DNA from: Puccinia triticina | Lineage: Eukaryota | NCBI GenBank assembly: GCA_026914245.1 | Contig: CP110439.1 | Span: 1,178,001-1,242,000 of the forward strand | Length of the DNA: 64,000 nucleotides | Reading direction: 5' to 3' | Shown: positions 37,645 through 51,534 of the stretch, piece after piece | Layout: every line of letters begins with the position of its first letter | How positions within the stretch are numbered: position 1 is the stretch's first letter | Translations under genes and position numbers: made by a program | Notes under the pieces: generated by a model | Databases searched by the model: none | The model's input: only the letters and a program-made list of their open reading frames with translations | Told to the model about the DNA's origin: nothing

Positions 37645-37949
37645 TATTTTAAAACATAATTTTTAGGACACTCTTTTCAAGTAAGCTGTAATAAAGCTTG
37701 ACAGTTTAATTCCAAATGATTAGGCCAAAAATTGATGTTTTAGATAATGTAAAGGGACATGCGGGCATTATTTATTGTGTAATAATCACACTGCCAAACA
37801 TGGCCTAAGTTTTCTGCTAACTCAACACAAGTCCCCCCTGGTGGGCGCTGTGGCTGGTGGCAAAGCCGCCCCTCCCGCAGGGAGGGGCTTGTGTATTACC
37901 ATGAATTTTACGCAGGATCAGAAATTCCATTTGGCTGGGAGGTTTTAAA

Positions 37950-39480
37950 TTTTTTATAGCTCCTCCCCCAGCATCTCCATAGGTCTGCCCCGCACACTGA
38001 CATTGCCCAGCCAAAATTGGCTATGTAAACAGTGACATATATATATGCAATTTTGAACACCATAATTATGTAAGGCCATGTGTGGCAGTGTAATTTCTAA
38101 AACATGCTACCCTTTCATATTGTAAAACACAATTTTTTAGGATAATTGTTTTTAAGAAAGCTGTCATAAAGTTTTACAGTTTACTTCCAAATGATCACAC
38201 CATAATGTTTTACATAATTATGGTGTTCAAAGTTGGTTTGCATAATTTTATGCATGCATAAATCATAAAATCATAAAAATATTTTTATGGTGTTCAAAGT
38301 TGGTTTGCATAATTTTATGCATGCATAAATCATAAAATCATAAAAATATTTTGGTGAGGAAATTTTGTATCACATAATCAGACAGTCATATCCCCTGCAG
38401 AAAAGATTTTATGATTTTATGATTTATGCATGCATAAAATTATGCAAACCAACTTTGAACACCATATTTGGTGAGGAAATTTTGCATTACATAATCAGAC
38501 AGTCATATCCCCTGCAAAAAATTTTTTATGATTTTATGATTTATGCATGCATAAAATTATGCAAACCAACTTTGAACACCATAAATGTAAAGGGACATGC
38601 AGGGATTATATACAGAATAATCACACTGCCAAACACAGCCTAAGTTTTATGCACACTTACATCTCCCAGCCAAAATTGGCTTTATGATTTTATGTAAACA
38701 GTGACATATATATATGCAATTTTGAACACCAATAATTATTTAAGGCCGTCATAAAATCATAAAGCCAATTTTGGCTGGGAGATGTAAGTGTGCATAAAAC
38801 TTAGGCCGTGTTTGACAGTGTGATCATTCTGTATATAATCCCTGCATGTCCCTTTACATTATGTAAAACATTATGGTGTGATCATTTCAAAGTAAACTGT
38901 AAAGCTTTATGACAGCTTTCTTAAAAACAATTATCCTAAAAAATTGTGTTTTACAATATGAAAGGGTAGCATGTTTTAAAAATTACACTGCCACACATGG
39001 CCTTACATAATTATGGTGTTCAAAATTGCATATATACATGTCACTGTTTACATAGCCAATTTTGGCTGGGCAATGTCAGTGTGCAGGGCAAACCTATGGA
39101 GATGCTGGGGGAGTTATGTAAGGCCGTGTTTGGCAGCGCAATGTTTGAAACATGCTATCCTTACATATAAAACACAAGTTTTTAGGATAATCTGTTTTAA
39201 GTAAGCTGTCATAAAGCTTGACAGTTTACTTCCAAATGATCAGGCCAAAAAATTACTGTTTTAATAGGGTTCTCAAAGTTGAAAACATACAAATGTGACA
39301 TACTGCCATACACACCATTTTGGCAGGGAAGCATTTGACAGTCCCTGCAAATAAGGTTGTATGTTTTCATGACATATGCCGCTATGTCGCAACTTTGAGA
39401 ACCCCAAATGTAAAGGGGCATGACATGATTATTTATTGCGTAATATGTAATCACACTGACAAACACGGCCTAAAGGTTTG
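37950..39480. repeat. AT-rich scrambled repeat with nested inversions and tandem duplications; related copy at ~62520-62700
   Basis: ~37970-38230 is inverted at ~38850-39110; the 38218-38350 tandem pair is inverted at 38405-38582. Confidence 0.75.
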
Positions 39481-39622
39481 TATGATCCGTTTCACTTTTC
39501 TGCCGCAAACCACAAAAAACCCCCCCACACGCGTCGACACCTCAAAAACCTACCAACCCCCCTACTAACATCAGAAAAGTTCTTTCCCCCCCCCCCCCCC
39601 CCCCCATCCCCGCGGGCAGCTT

Positions 39623-40897
39623 ATGCTTCCCACTCATCGCCCCCCCAACCCCATTCGACTGTCCGGCGCGCCTCCCGCGGATCACTCGGACATGATGGAA
39701 GATTTGGAGGTCCACCTTCCTCCCCGCCCAATCAACAAGCCCCCCGCGTCTAGTCTTCACATCTTGCTCACCAAGACGTTTGGCGCACGTGACGAAAACG
39801 GCTCGGTCACGCTCGATGCCAGACTCGTGGACTTGGTTCTTGCACTCTCGGAGAATAACAAGAGATTGGTCCAACGATTGGAGGCTACCGTCGACCAGCT
39901 CAACGCCAAGGTCGATGCCAAGGTCAATGCCAAGATTGACCCTATCATGAAGAAGATGGCCGAATTCGAAAAGCTTTTCAAGACGGGCCCCAAGCCAGCG
40001 GTTCCTGCGGTCAAATCCTTCGCGTCTGCGGCCACTGCAGGCCTTACTGGTTTGATCCACGCGCCGAACACGCGTCCTCCACCTGCCCAGACCATTGCCT
40101 CACTCAAGCCGAAACGGGTGATCATACACTCGAATCCGGCGAACACCACCCTCAAGGACGTGCCCAAGTGCGCCCTAGTCCAGAGAGCCAACGAGGCGCT
40201 AGTCAAACTCGATGCCAAAGTCGATGGAGAATTCGTGGCCATTCGCGGCGCCAGCATGCTGCCGTCGGGAGATGTGTCGTTTTACACCAACAATCGAGCC
40301 CACCAAAAGTGGCTGATGACCAACAAACACAAGTGGTCGAAGGAAGTACATTCGGACTTAGAGGCCACCCCGAGTACATACTCTGTGATGGCGCACGGTG
40401 TCCCTAAATCTTTCGACATCAGTAACCCGGCCAATTTGAGCTTGCTCGCCTCCGAGAACAGCTTCCAAGCTTCGGACCTGTCGCGTGTTCGATGGATGGG
40501 TTCCAATGAACCGTCGGCCAAGAAGGCAGGGTCCATCGTCCTGTCGTTCGTCAACAAGGATCTGGCCCGCCGCGTTGAGCAGTTGGGTATCTTTTTGAAT
40601 TTCGATTTCCACCGAACTGAACGTTTCAAGCCCCGACCTCCTCAGTGCTTCAAATGCTTGCGAATGGGACACTTCGGCAAGTGGTGCCGAGAAGATGCCC
40701 GCTGCGCGAAATGCGCGGGCAAACACCCAACAAATGAGTGCCCCGATGGCATTGGAGGAGTCAAGACCTGTGTGCTTTGCACTGCCGGCCTCAAGAACAA
40801 GATCGTTGGCTTCACCGGCGTAGACCACACTCCCTTCAGCTTAACTTGTCCCTACAAGAAGGGATGGTTCGACAAAAAACCCCTACCTTCTCAATGA
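39623..40897 (+). CDS. LINE ORF1, gag-like with zinc knuckles
   Basis: CFKCLRMGHFGKWC, CAKCAGKHPTNEC, CVLC..H..C. The start may be 39693. Confidence 0.9.
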   Translation: MLPTHRPPNPIRLSGAPPADHSDMMEDLEVHLPPRPINKPPASSLHILLTKTFGARDENGSVTLDARLVDLVLALSENNKRLVQRLEATVDQLNAKVDAKVNAKIDPIMKKMAEFEKLFKTGPKPAVPAVKSFASAATAGLTGLIHAPNTRPPPAQTIASLKPKRVIIHSNPANTTLKDVPKCALVQRANEALVKLDAKVDGEFVAIRGASMLPSGDVSFYTNNRAHQKWLMTNKHKWSKEVHSDLEATPSTYSVMAHGVPKSFDISNPANLSLLASENSFQASDLSRVRWMGSNEPSAKKAGSIVLSFVNKDLARRVEQLGIFLNFDFHRTERFKPRPPQCFKCLRMGHFGKWCREDARCAKCAGKHPTNECPDGIGGVKTCVLCTAGLKNKIVGFTGVDHTPFSLTCPYKKGWFDKKPLPSQ

Positions 40898-43800
40898 TTT
40901 ATACAACCAACGTAACTCGCGACTACATCCAACACCAACCGCAGCACCCCTCTCAAGTCTCCCCATCAGATCCTCCTTCTCACACAGCCTCCGTCGATGC
41001 CCTCCTCCATGACCTCAATGCTTCTTCACACCCTCAAAACACCAATCACGACGCTTTCTCTATGCTCAATTTGAATTGCCACGTTTCTCAATCCGTCACG
41101 CTAAGTCTTTTGAACTCGTCTCTTTCTTTTGATATTTTATTGCTTCAGGAACCTTGGATCAACTCATTTGATCTCTGTCCGCCTCAACATTCAGCCTGGC
41201 GCTCATATGTCGCTTATGAACATATGCCCAGGTGCTGGAACGATAGACATAAGACTGTTATATATGTACAGCGGTCAATTCCCTCGGAGTCAATAAGACT
41301 GCTTGAGGGGGGTTCCCAGACTTTTGTCGGGGTGGAAGTTAGACATCCCTCCGGGAAGGTCTTTCGGATTCTGAACATATATAATCCTCCGTCCTCCTTT
41401 TCCGCAATCCCCGAGTTGAAGAACTGGCTGACAAGATTTTATTCGCGACAACAGGCGATGATTATCGCGATGGATGCCAACCTGCATCATTGACATTGGA
41501 ATCCTCCAGGAGTTCGAAAAGTCAAGCCAGAGGCCCGCGATCTGCTAAGTTCACTCTCTCATCTTGGTTTCCGTCTTGCGTCGCCAAGACACACCCCCAC
41601 TTTCTTCTCTTCCAAAGGGAAGGGATTCACAATTGACTTAATTTGGGCTAATTTTTTAGGTTCCAAGCTGGTTGCCTCGACGACTATCTCAAGTGAGAAC
41701 TTCGGATCCGATCACCAGGCGATACAGATTCAGCTCACAATGAAGCGGCCACCTCCCTCCTACCACTGGCGGCTCCCGAAGTGGTCGGATTTGGATAACG
41801 GGAAGATCGATCGCATTTCTGCTAAGTTATCGTCCTTTGCCTCTGAGGCCCCAGAGGACCCAGACACACACGCCGAGAAACTGACTCTGTGTTTGAAACA
41901 GGCCCAGGAGCAGCTCGGGCGCAAGGTGCAATCCAACAAGGCCAAGGCCAAGGTTTGGTGGTGTCGCGAAATCTTGGATCCTGTCCTCCGGACTCGCAAC
42001 AAGGCGCGGAAATGGATGATTTTGGCTAAGTCACCTGAAGCCATTGATTGTTACAAACAGTGGAATGACTATTTTCTTGCACTCGTCAGATCCCTGAAGC
42101 AGCAGATGTGGAGGCGTCTCCTGGAGAACCCAGAAGAGGGTGACCTCTTTAGGGTTCTTCGCTTTTCCTCAAAATCGTCGGGAGGGGAAGTCCTGCCCTT
42201 GAAGGGGGAAGGAGGCGCGATCGTGCATGACAAGCACCTACAAGCTGAGTTACTTTTCAAAGGTACTTCAGTGACAGACACACCGATTGATCTATCGGAT
42301 GTGAACTTGGATCTATCGTGTAGATTCGGCAGCTACCCCCCGATATCAAGAGAGGAAGTCGCCTCGGCAATCCAGAGGGTCCGTCCAAGGAAAGCCCCAG
42401 GGATAGATGGGATTGCCAACGAATTCCTTAAGTCCTTTTCCAATCCGCTCTCGGAAATCCTAGCAAAACTGTACAATAATATACTAATCAGGAGCAAATT
42501 TCCGGCTTCCTGGAAAATCGCGGTCACGGCGATTATCCGAAAACACGGTAAACCGGACTACACCAACCCAGGGGCATACCGCCCTATTGCGCTGCTCAGT
42601 ACCACGAGCAAGCTTTTTGAACTCATTCTTGCCAGGCGTCTCACGGCGTGGGCAGAAGAGGCCGGGGTGCTTGCGGATGGTCACTTTGGAGGCCGCAAGG
42701 GGTCAGGTACGGAGGACGCACTCTTTGCCTTCGAACACTGGGTCAAGTCGAAATGGAGGGAGGGGAAGGTCGTGGCTGCATTATTCCTTGATGTGAAGTC
42801 GGCGTACCCCTCAGTACACCCGGACAGACTCATCGATTACCTCTTCCGCTTAAAATGCCCGTCGTACTTGATACTAACCATTGCCAACTTTTTAAAGGAC
42901 AGATTGACAACAGTCAGGCTGGATGACTTTACTTCGTCGGCGTTCCCCATCAAAATCGGACTTCCCCAAGGCTCCCCTTTATCGGTGATATTGTATATAC
43001 TGTACAACAATTCGTTGCTGATCAAGAAATTTTGTACGAATCTAGATGCAGTCTCAATAGGCTACGTGGAAGACGTGGTCCATTTGGTTGCAGCGAGCTC
43101 AACGGAGGCGGCCAGGAATTTGCTGATTGAGCAAGGTAAACGCTCGCTCCATTGGGGTGATTCCCACGGAGCAATCTTTGACCAAGCCAAGGCTCAATTT
43201 CTCTGGCTGGCCAAAGGCAAGGTTCCGGAGCAAGACTTCCCTTTTGGGACTCAAAGTCTCAAGCCGATGACGGAAGTTAAATGGTTGGGGATATGGTTGG
43301 ATAGGAAGCTCTTATTTAACAAGAACTTCAAAGCCTTGGAAGAGAAGGCTCACAAAACTTTCAATCAGCTAAGGATTTTTGGAAACTCACGCTGGGGCAC
43401 CAGGGAGCCGGATAGATTGAAACTGATCAAGAGTGTTTTGGTTCCCAGAATTACATATGGCGCCGCGCTCTGGGCGACCAAGTCTAACAAGGGGAAGGTC
43501 GAGTCGTTGGCCAACAAGGTCGACCGTTTGACAGGAATTTTTACCCTTGGGGTTTTCAAGTCTACGTCTTCTGAATTCATCCAGACAAGATCGGCGGCTC
43601 AATCCTTTTTCGGTGAAGTTATCAAGACAAGCCTTTCCTTTTTCTACAGAAAGATAGTCATGGTGAAGGCTAGTAATGTTGTACGGTCTTTTATTCTGTC
43701 CAGCAGAGCCGACTCAGGCGCTCGTTTCCCCGATGCGGCCAGGGCTGGCCTATTGGTGCAACTGGTGGATGATGCCATTGCGATGGATCCGGAGAGGATT

Positions 43801-44754
43801 CACCTCTCCTTCGATTTTGATCCTCGACCTTCAAGGAAGTTGGAGTATAGCAATCTAGGGCGGACGAAGGAAGAAGCGTTATCCTCGGTTAAGTCCCTCA
43901 TTTCCTCTTTCTCTTTGGATTCAGGGGCGCTGTTGGTTTTCAGCGATGGGTCTTATCACCCGGAGAAGGGAGGAGCGGGCGCGGCCATTTGCCCGACTCA
44001 AAATGTTTTCAGCGCTTATTCTCTCGGGAAGAAGGCGGTCCTGTCGAATCATGAAAGTGAAGCAGCAGGGGTCCTGGCGGCTGTCAGACTGGTCAAGGAG
44101 TTGTACAAAGAAGCACAACATCGGCAGGTGTTGTTTTTTGTTGATAACCAGGGGGTCATCCTGAGAACCAAGAACCCAGCCGCCCCGAAACCAGGGCAAT
44201 GGATTTTCACTCAAATTGATGAAGCCATCGCAGACCTCCCAGTTGGCTTAAAGATCTCATTCGTATGGTGCCCAGGCCATAAGGACATCCTTGGCAATGA
44301 ATTGGCTGATCAACTTGCAAAAGACGCGCTGGAGCCCCCCTCAACGCAGGTCTTGGATGTCAAAAGCAATTGTTCGAAGGTCCTTCGCAGGATGGTGGAG
44401 AGCCTATCCATCGCCAAGCCGGCGCCCTCGGAATTACCCATTGGCTACAGCGCGCTGGTCAACCAACTAGACTCAGGTCATTGTGCGCTGAAAAAACATC
44501 TTTTTCGTATTTGCAGGGCATTCGATCCTCTTTGCCCTAATTGTGGGGACAAGGAGTCGGTATTTCACTTGATGAATTTCTGTCCGAAATTCAAGGATCA
44601 GCGGGCGGATCTTCGAAAACAACTCCGACGCATGAAAGTGCGGTTCAGGGCGGAGAGACTGGACAAAACCCTCAATATCCGGAAAGCTGAAGTGGCTTTG
44701 GCGAACTTCCTGAGCGCCACAAACCGATTTCAAGACCAACTTCCTCCTCGATGA
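40894..44754 (+). pseudogene. LINE ORF2 (APE endonuclease, RT, RNase H, CCHC) with an in-frame stop
   Basis: LLLQEPW, DANLHH*(41491-93), SDH, YRPIALL, GLPQGSPLS, YVED, FSDGS..WCPGHKDILGNELAD, CPNC..H..C. Confidence 0.92.
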
Positions 44755-47389
44755 CACTCGTTTTCCGATTTTACATTACCCGATTTTTGTTTCTCCTTTC
44801 TTTTCTTTTCTTTCCAAATTTTCGTTATCAATTACCATGTTATGATCTCAAACCTTGACTCCATTACAATTTAACTTTACATTTTGTGTAGTAGATTTTA
44901 TAGTTGTTATTTTCTTTCATCAAGATGTCTCTAAGATTCATAGTGAGCAATGCCAAAGGCCAAAATTTTCACTTAAAAAAAAAAAAAAAAAAAAAAAAAT
45001 GATCCGTTTCATGAAAACCCCGCAACGGTAGAGGTGCATCTTGAACCTCACTCAAATGCTCTCGATGTCCAATATATAAATATATTGGAGTTCTTTCTTG
45101 CTCAAGTCGCCGAGGTTCCATCATCCATTTTTCAACAACGCAGGCGAAAGCCCAACCGTATTATTACTTCCCGATTCTCTCTATCTTTCGGCTTAAAAAT
45201 ATGCGCACTGATTGGATGCTGAAGATCTGCACCTTGGTCCTGTCAATGATGGTTCAAAGCCTCCTAGGTTTCAAGAAGGATACTTATAATCCTTTAAGCG
45301 CGAACTTGGCGACCGATCAAGCATTTATAGGACCAAGGGAAGGTCGGCTGGACAGGATTTTGATGGCCTAGTTGCTTGTAAACACAACTGATCTCCCTGA
45401 TGCTGCTCGACGTATCTAGGTAGCACTAGCCATACGGATGCGGGTATTGATCATTTGAGAAAGATCGATTCAAACGGAATTGACCCCACTGGTCAATTTA
45501 AACAGTTGGGACAAGGGGGAAAAACTCATGAACTTGAAGATGCAGGGCTTGACCTAAGTAAGACAATACATCCTTTACGTTTATCAAGTTTTCAATAGTA
45601 AACACGATTTGTGACATGAGCTAATTTCTCCTTGACTACAAGGCCTATCTCTTTTGTCCCACAAAGCAAAAAATGAATCACATGGTAAGAGTGTCAACCT
45701 CAAGCAACTCAAGTGGTTGATTTCATTCTCTTCGGATTAGAAGGCTAATTTCAGGTCACATTCTCTCTATCAGCTCATCAGAGAAAGAACTCGAGAATGG
45801 GCAGCGGTGAGTTCAGACTTTCATTTTTGTCCTTGGTTAGATCTCCCTCAACGAATTATTTGTCTTGATTTCGGGTGCAGGGGCATCAAGGAGGATGATT
45901 GCGCGTAGCTTGCAAGCAAAACCACGGGATTGCCTTACTTTGACCTCGCATACTAACTTGGAAGGAAAGTATTGTGGTACATGTACCAGATTAGTTCAAA
46001 ACTGTAACTGCAACAAAACATTCTAGCTTGATCAATACCGTCAGCTGCATGTATGCTTGACCAGACTCTGCCAATAGCATGGGAATCTGGTGAACAAATG
46101 TGGTATTGTTCAGCTTAATTGCTGGATGCGCAATAGTGTTGACTTTTGTTGAGGTTGGCTCATCTGGTTGTCTGCTTCGATCTCCATTTTTCATCTGCTC
46201 ATCTCATGTCACATGTCTGTCACGTTGTTTCTTTGTTTTCGCTCGACTACACAGCGGGGCAGATCGGGCAAAGCCGATGCGTCCAGCTGGCGTCCCAGCA
46301 CTCCATGCGCCACGGTGGCGTGACAGGGACCCAGGGCCGTACAGGCGCCACTCTGTCATGCTAGGGGGCGCCACCGGGACTGTGGGCATAGGTGGCGCCC
46401 CTCGGGCGCCACTGAGATGCCACCAACCTGGGCGCCAGATGGCCGCCCCGGTGAGATGCCAGCGTGACGCACCGGTAGGGGAGGCGTCACCGCCGGCTGT
46501 CACGGGGGCGTCCATGCCGGTCGCCTGGCTGACGCAGGGGTCCAGATGGCGCCACTGGTTATGGGGGCCGCCACTGCGTCCTAGGGTCGCCGGAGCGGCT
46601 AGGACGCCCGATGGGCGCCCCCCGTCCAGGTGTGGGTGATCAAAGGGCCCATGAGCCGCGATCCAGTCGGCTTGGCTTCGGCCGGCTCGCGTCATGGAGT
46701 GTTGGTGGTCCTTGACCCGGCTCCCCCTCACATGCCTCACCAAGCCAATGATGAAGCTCGGAGACATGCACCAATCCCCCTCATCCTCCTCATCCTCAAT
46801 GAACATAAGTTCTTATCCATCTCGGGCGCTGCCGCTTCGACACCGTTCGCTAACTTCAGTAAGATTGGCGATCCCTCCGGACGGCTCAACTTTGGCGGAA
46901 AGGCCGTCGTCCATTCCCATGGTGTTGACTTCTCTGTCATGGCTGTAAAAGTCAGTGTGAACAATCTTTCTTTCTTCCTTTTTGGTGCGAGGGGTGCGGC
47001 CAGGTGCGGCCTGCATCCCCAAAACCCCAATGCCCACTCCCGATCACAATATCACAAGGTTGTATTTGCTAGCGATGGACTAGGGACCCCATCCCTGACT
47101 CCCTGAAGACCGACGGACCTCGGATTATTGGGGGATAATCCGAGGATCCCCTCCTTTTTTCAGTAGTGGCGACAGGTTGTGGGGGCCTCGACGTGCTCTG
47201 AACACTCAATCTTCTGGTGGCATGGGACGATGAGCTGGGCTTTCCGAAATCCAAAGCATCATAATCCTCTTCCCAATCTCTTACTATGTTTTTCTGCCCT
47301 TTTCTTTCTTAGTTTCCTTTATTCTTTCTGCAGAGTCCTTTATTTCAATCCCTCCTCTTTTGTTCCTTTATTTTTTCCTCTATTTTATA

Positions 47390-49196
47390 GGGGGTTGAGA
47401 AATCGACTCCCAAAAATTAAAAAATCGACTCCCAAATTGAGTTTACGTCGCGCGGACCGCCGTGCGACGTCTGTCCCGGGTCCCCATGACCCAATTTTGA
47501 CCTGGGGGCATTTTGGGAGTCGATTTTGTAATTCCGCGATCCCAAACGGGAGTCGGAATTTTAATTTCGCAAAAAATGCCGGAAAATAAAGAAAAATTTA
47601 TACCTCCGCACTGGGGCACCCAAAGCCCCCCAAAATTTTACAGCACTCTAAATACACTCTTTAGAGAATATTGTGAGCTTCACAGCATTAGTACTCCTCA
47701 GGAAAACCCTGTGTAGTTAGGGGGCGGATTTCCCACTAAGGCAAACCCCCAAAACCTTATGTACGGTGCTCCAAGCAGCCCCAAATTTTTTCTGCTATAA
47801 GGATAAGCTCTTTAAAACATATGTTAAGCTTCACGGCATTAGCACACCTCAGGGAGACCCTGTGTAGCCGGGGGCAAATTTGGCGGATTTCCTACTACCG
47901 CAATGCGCCATATCCTGAGATACGGTGATCCAAATGCCCCCAAAATTTTTCTGACACATAAATACACTCTCTAGAGCATATTTTAAGCTTCACGGCATTA
48001 GCACAACTCAGGGAGACCCTGTGTAGCCGGGGGCGGATTTGGCGGATTTCCTACTAACACAATGCGCCATGTCCTGAGATACGGTGATCCAAATGCCCCC
48101 AAAGTTTTTCTGCCACATAAATACACTCTCTAGAGCATATGGTAAGCTTCACGGCATTATCACACCTCAGGGAGACCCTGTGTAGCCGGGGGGGCGGATT
48201 TGGCGGATTTCCTACTAGTTATCCTCACTTGAACCCTCTATATCTTCTGATAAAGAAGCAATAAAAAGAAACGGAGGGCGCTCAAAAGATTCCCTGCCCT
48301 CTTATCTACAATTACCGATACAGCCCGCAAAAATATTCCTAACGGCGTAGGACGGCGCAGAGGAAGAAAACTACGACAATTGCCGTAGTAGGAAATCCGC
48401 CTAATCCGCCCCCGGCTACACAGGATTTCCCTGATGTGTAATACACCTGTAAATCTCAAAATATGTTCTAGAGAACGTATTCATGTGTCAGAAATATTCT
48501 GGGGGCATTTGGATCACCATATCTCAGGATATGGCGCATTGCGGTAGTAGGAAATCCGCCAAATCCGCCCCCGGCTACACAGGGTCTCCCTGAGGTGTGC
48601 TAATACCGTGAAGCTTAAAATATGCTCTAGAGAGTGTATTTATGTGGTAGAAAAACTTTGGGGGCATTTGGATCACCGTATCTCAGGATACGGTGCATTG
48701 CGGTAGTAGGAAATCCGCCAAATTTGCCCCCGGCTACACAGGGTCTCCCTGAGGTGTGCTAATGCCGTGAAGCTTAACATTTGTTTTAAAGAGCTTATCC
48801 TTATAGCAGAAAAAATTTGGGGCTGTTTGGAGCACCGTAGATAAGGTCTTGGGGGTTTGCCTTTGGGAAATCCGCCAAATCCGCCCCCTGACTACACAGG
48901 GTTTCCCTGAGGAGTACTAATGCTGTGAAGCTCACAATATTCTCTAAAGTGTGTATTTAGAGTGCTGTAAAATTTTGGGGGTCTTTGGGTGCCCCAGTGC
49001 GGAGGTATAAATTTTTCTTTATTTTTCGGCATCTTTTGCAAAATTAAAATTCCGACTCCCGTTTGGGATCGCGGAATTACAAAATCAACTCCCAAAATGC
49101 ACCCGGGTCAAAATTGGGTCATGGGGACCCGGGACAGACGTCGCGCAGCGGTCCGCTCGACGTAAACTCAATTTGGGAGTCAATTTCTCAACCCCC
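47390..49196. mobile_element. Non-autonomous foldback DNA transposon with ~800-bp inverted arms built from ~170-bp tandem units
   Basis: gggggttgagaaat...atttctcaaccccc; 8-bp TSD attttata (47382-89, 49197-204). Confidence 0.9.
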
Positions 49197-51534
49197 ATTT
49201 TATATCCTCTTCCTCTACTATACACCATAGCTTCACACATTATTGGCCGCTTTATCATTTAGTTCCCTGGCGTGCATTTGAATACTTTAGAAGATTATTT
49301 GTATATACATAAAACATAACAGATAAACAGTGCGGTATGTGAAATCAATAGCACTTAAAAAAACCCAATGCAGCGGGGGCCATTGCTAGGCCCCACTGAT
49401 GCGGCAAAGCGGGTGCTTGTACTGCTGTGCCCCAGACCTAACCCTGACCTGGTGATATATGTATGTATCACCGTGCTCCAATTCAGCACATCCCTTGTGT
49501 GCCCAAAAAGTTTCCCCCGACTTTTCCCCCATACCAGCAACTTCTCCGATATCATGAATCCACCCCTCCCCCTACTTCTAAGGTAAGTCCCCACACCCCC
49601 CAGGTAAGTCTGACCTAGTAAAAATCCCCTCCTCATCCTGCTCCTGCCTTGCCGAGTATTAACTATGAGTTAAACCTGCTTCTGCCCCAGTTTATTGTCA
49701 ATCCCAGCTCCTGTCACCCTGACCGGCCCGCCTTCCAATGGAACCAATTGAGCACTGGTAGGGGCTAAATCTCTTCCCTCGGACAAGGTTAGTAACCCTC
49801 CATACCAATCCCCTTTTACTGCAGTCAGCAAACATGACATTGACCCCCCTCCTCCCTCAGGAGATCATTTGTGTAGCTGCCCGCAAGGCACCTCCTTGAT
49901 GTCACAGGTGGATACGCCAGAAGGATGCGGAAATCTTTGGCAAGACCCCCATGTGGGAGGACTCCGATACATCCGCTTGTGTGTGCTTGACCAAGGACAA
50001 CATCAGGGCCCTAGCTGCCAAGATCACCAATATGTACTTGTGATCCCCTCCCCACCATTCAGCAGTCCTTGTGAAGCAATCTTGGCTATGTTTGCTCCCT
50101 CTTCCCACCCCCTCAATATCTTGCACATCTCTTGCCTATTCCCCTTTACTTTGAGTGTCCCTCCTGTTGTATCTAAATAGATTTCCCCGATCTTCTTGCT
50201 CTTGAGAATTATAAGATTTTCCAAACATTTATGTACCCTGTCCGCTATTGCCCGGAAAGCTCACCCATGGGCCATACAGTGTCCGCATTGACACAACGGC
50301 AGCCTCCACGACGCCCCACAGATGCCACCCCAGTCAGCTCCTATGAGCGCTGGCGGGATCATTTAGCGTCTGCCAGGGGCGGTCCCGCCCCCTGGATGAC
50401 CTTTGTGGCCTCAATAGCCACATCACGTGCGCGCCTGCCCGCTAGCCCACAGCGGCCCCCGAGGCATCTCGATGCATGTCTTCCTGGTGACCGCAGAGGC
50501 GGGAGCATGCCGTCGAAGAGACCGTCTGCCTTGCTTCCCCGTAGGCGCCGTGAGGTCATCCCCAGACATATGTCCCGAGGATCTCAGCATGGACGCCCGC
50601 GGGAAATCCAGCCATGGCGCACTGAGTTCGCCCCCCCCTGCGCCTTGGTCGGGGTGGCGCCCATCTGGGCTGCCCTAGGTGCACCACCAGAGATGGCGGC
50701 AGGGCGTGGCTGGATGACGCCCTGGCGGCGTGTGGCAGAACGGCGTCATCAGGGCGTCCGACGACTGCGGGGCCCTGCTGGCGTCCGGTCGGCCGCCCTC
50801 CTGACATCCCACTTGTCCCGCTGTGTACATAACCTGGAGTAGCAGACGTTGGAAAGGCTTTCCTCATCCTTTCCAACACCCTCACCATACTCGTGTCTGC
50901 TGCTTCAGGTAAGTTTCATCTCTCTCTCTCTCTTTCTCTGTCTAGTTGTCTCATATGAAATAAATCTTATCCTTTCCAACACACTCACCATACTCGTGTC
51001 TGGTGCTTCAGTCCCATTTATTTCATCAACTTTTTGGCCTCTGGCCTCTCCTTTTTCCTTCTGCCTCCTGATCCCTTCCTGTTCTCATCTCAATGGAGCC
51101 TTCATAGGATCTACATAGCCATACACTTATCAGCCTCCTCACTTTGTTTTGTCTTTTATTCTTGGTCATGTCCTTTTCTTACTAATCTTGTAGACTTTGA
51201 TCCCTGATTAGATTAGACTGTTACTTTCCAAGTTGACTGCTTATACTCCTGTGTGTGTGCTATATGTAATTGGTGACACTTTTAGTACCCTGTGAAATTC
51301 TCTCTCTGAGTTATAGAATATCCTATTCCTTTCCATTTTATTTATTTTCATTCTCACACACAACTTGATGCATTGTACCTATTCTATATATACATAGCCT
51401 AGCCCATAGCAGTCAACTCATTGGTTCTCCTCATCTTTCTCTGCGCCCCATCTTGAGTTGCATCTGGTGAACACCTCATCCTCACTACCCCTTATTGAGA
51501 ATTTGTCTCATCTCTTGTCCTTGTTTGTGTGGTC

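Larger units (their letters stand above)
39495..44999 (+). mobile_element. Full-length LINE (Tad1-like non-LTR retrotransposon with RNase H)
   Basis: Two ORFs, A25 tail at 44975-44999, TSD (a)tgatccgtttca at 39482-94 and 44999-45011. Confidence 0.95.

Noticed and set aside
36007..37666. Duplicated ORFs (177/153 aa, 74/75 aa); likewise at 47513/49095 and 51886-52784
   Set aside because: Artefacts of inverted-repeat arms.
45200..45950. Gene downstream of the LINE
   Set aside because: Some splice-like signals, but I could not build a consistent open reading frame.
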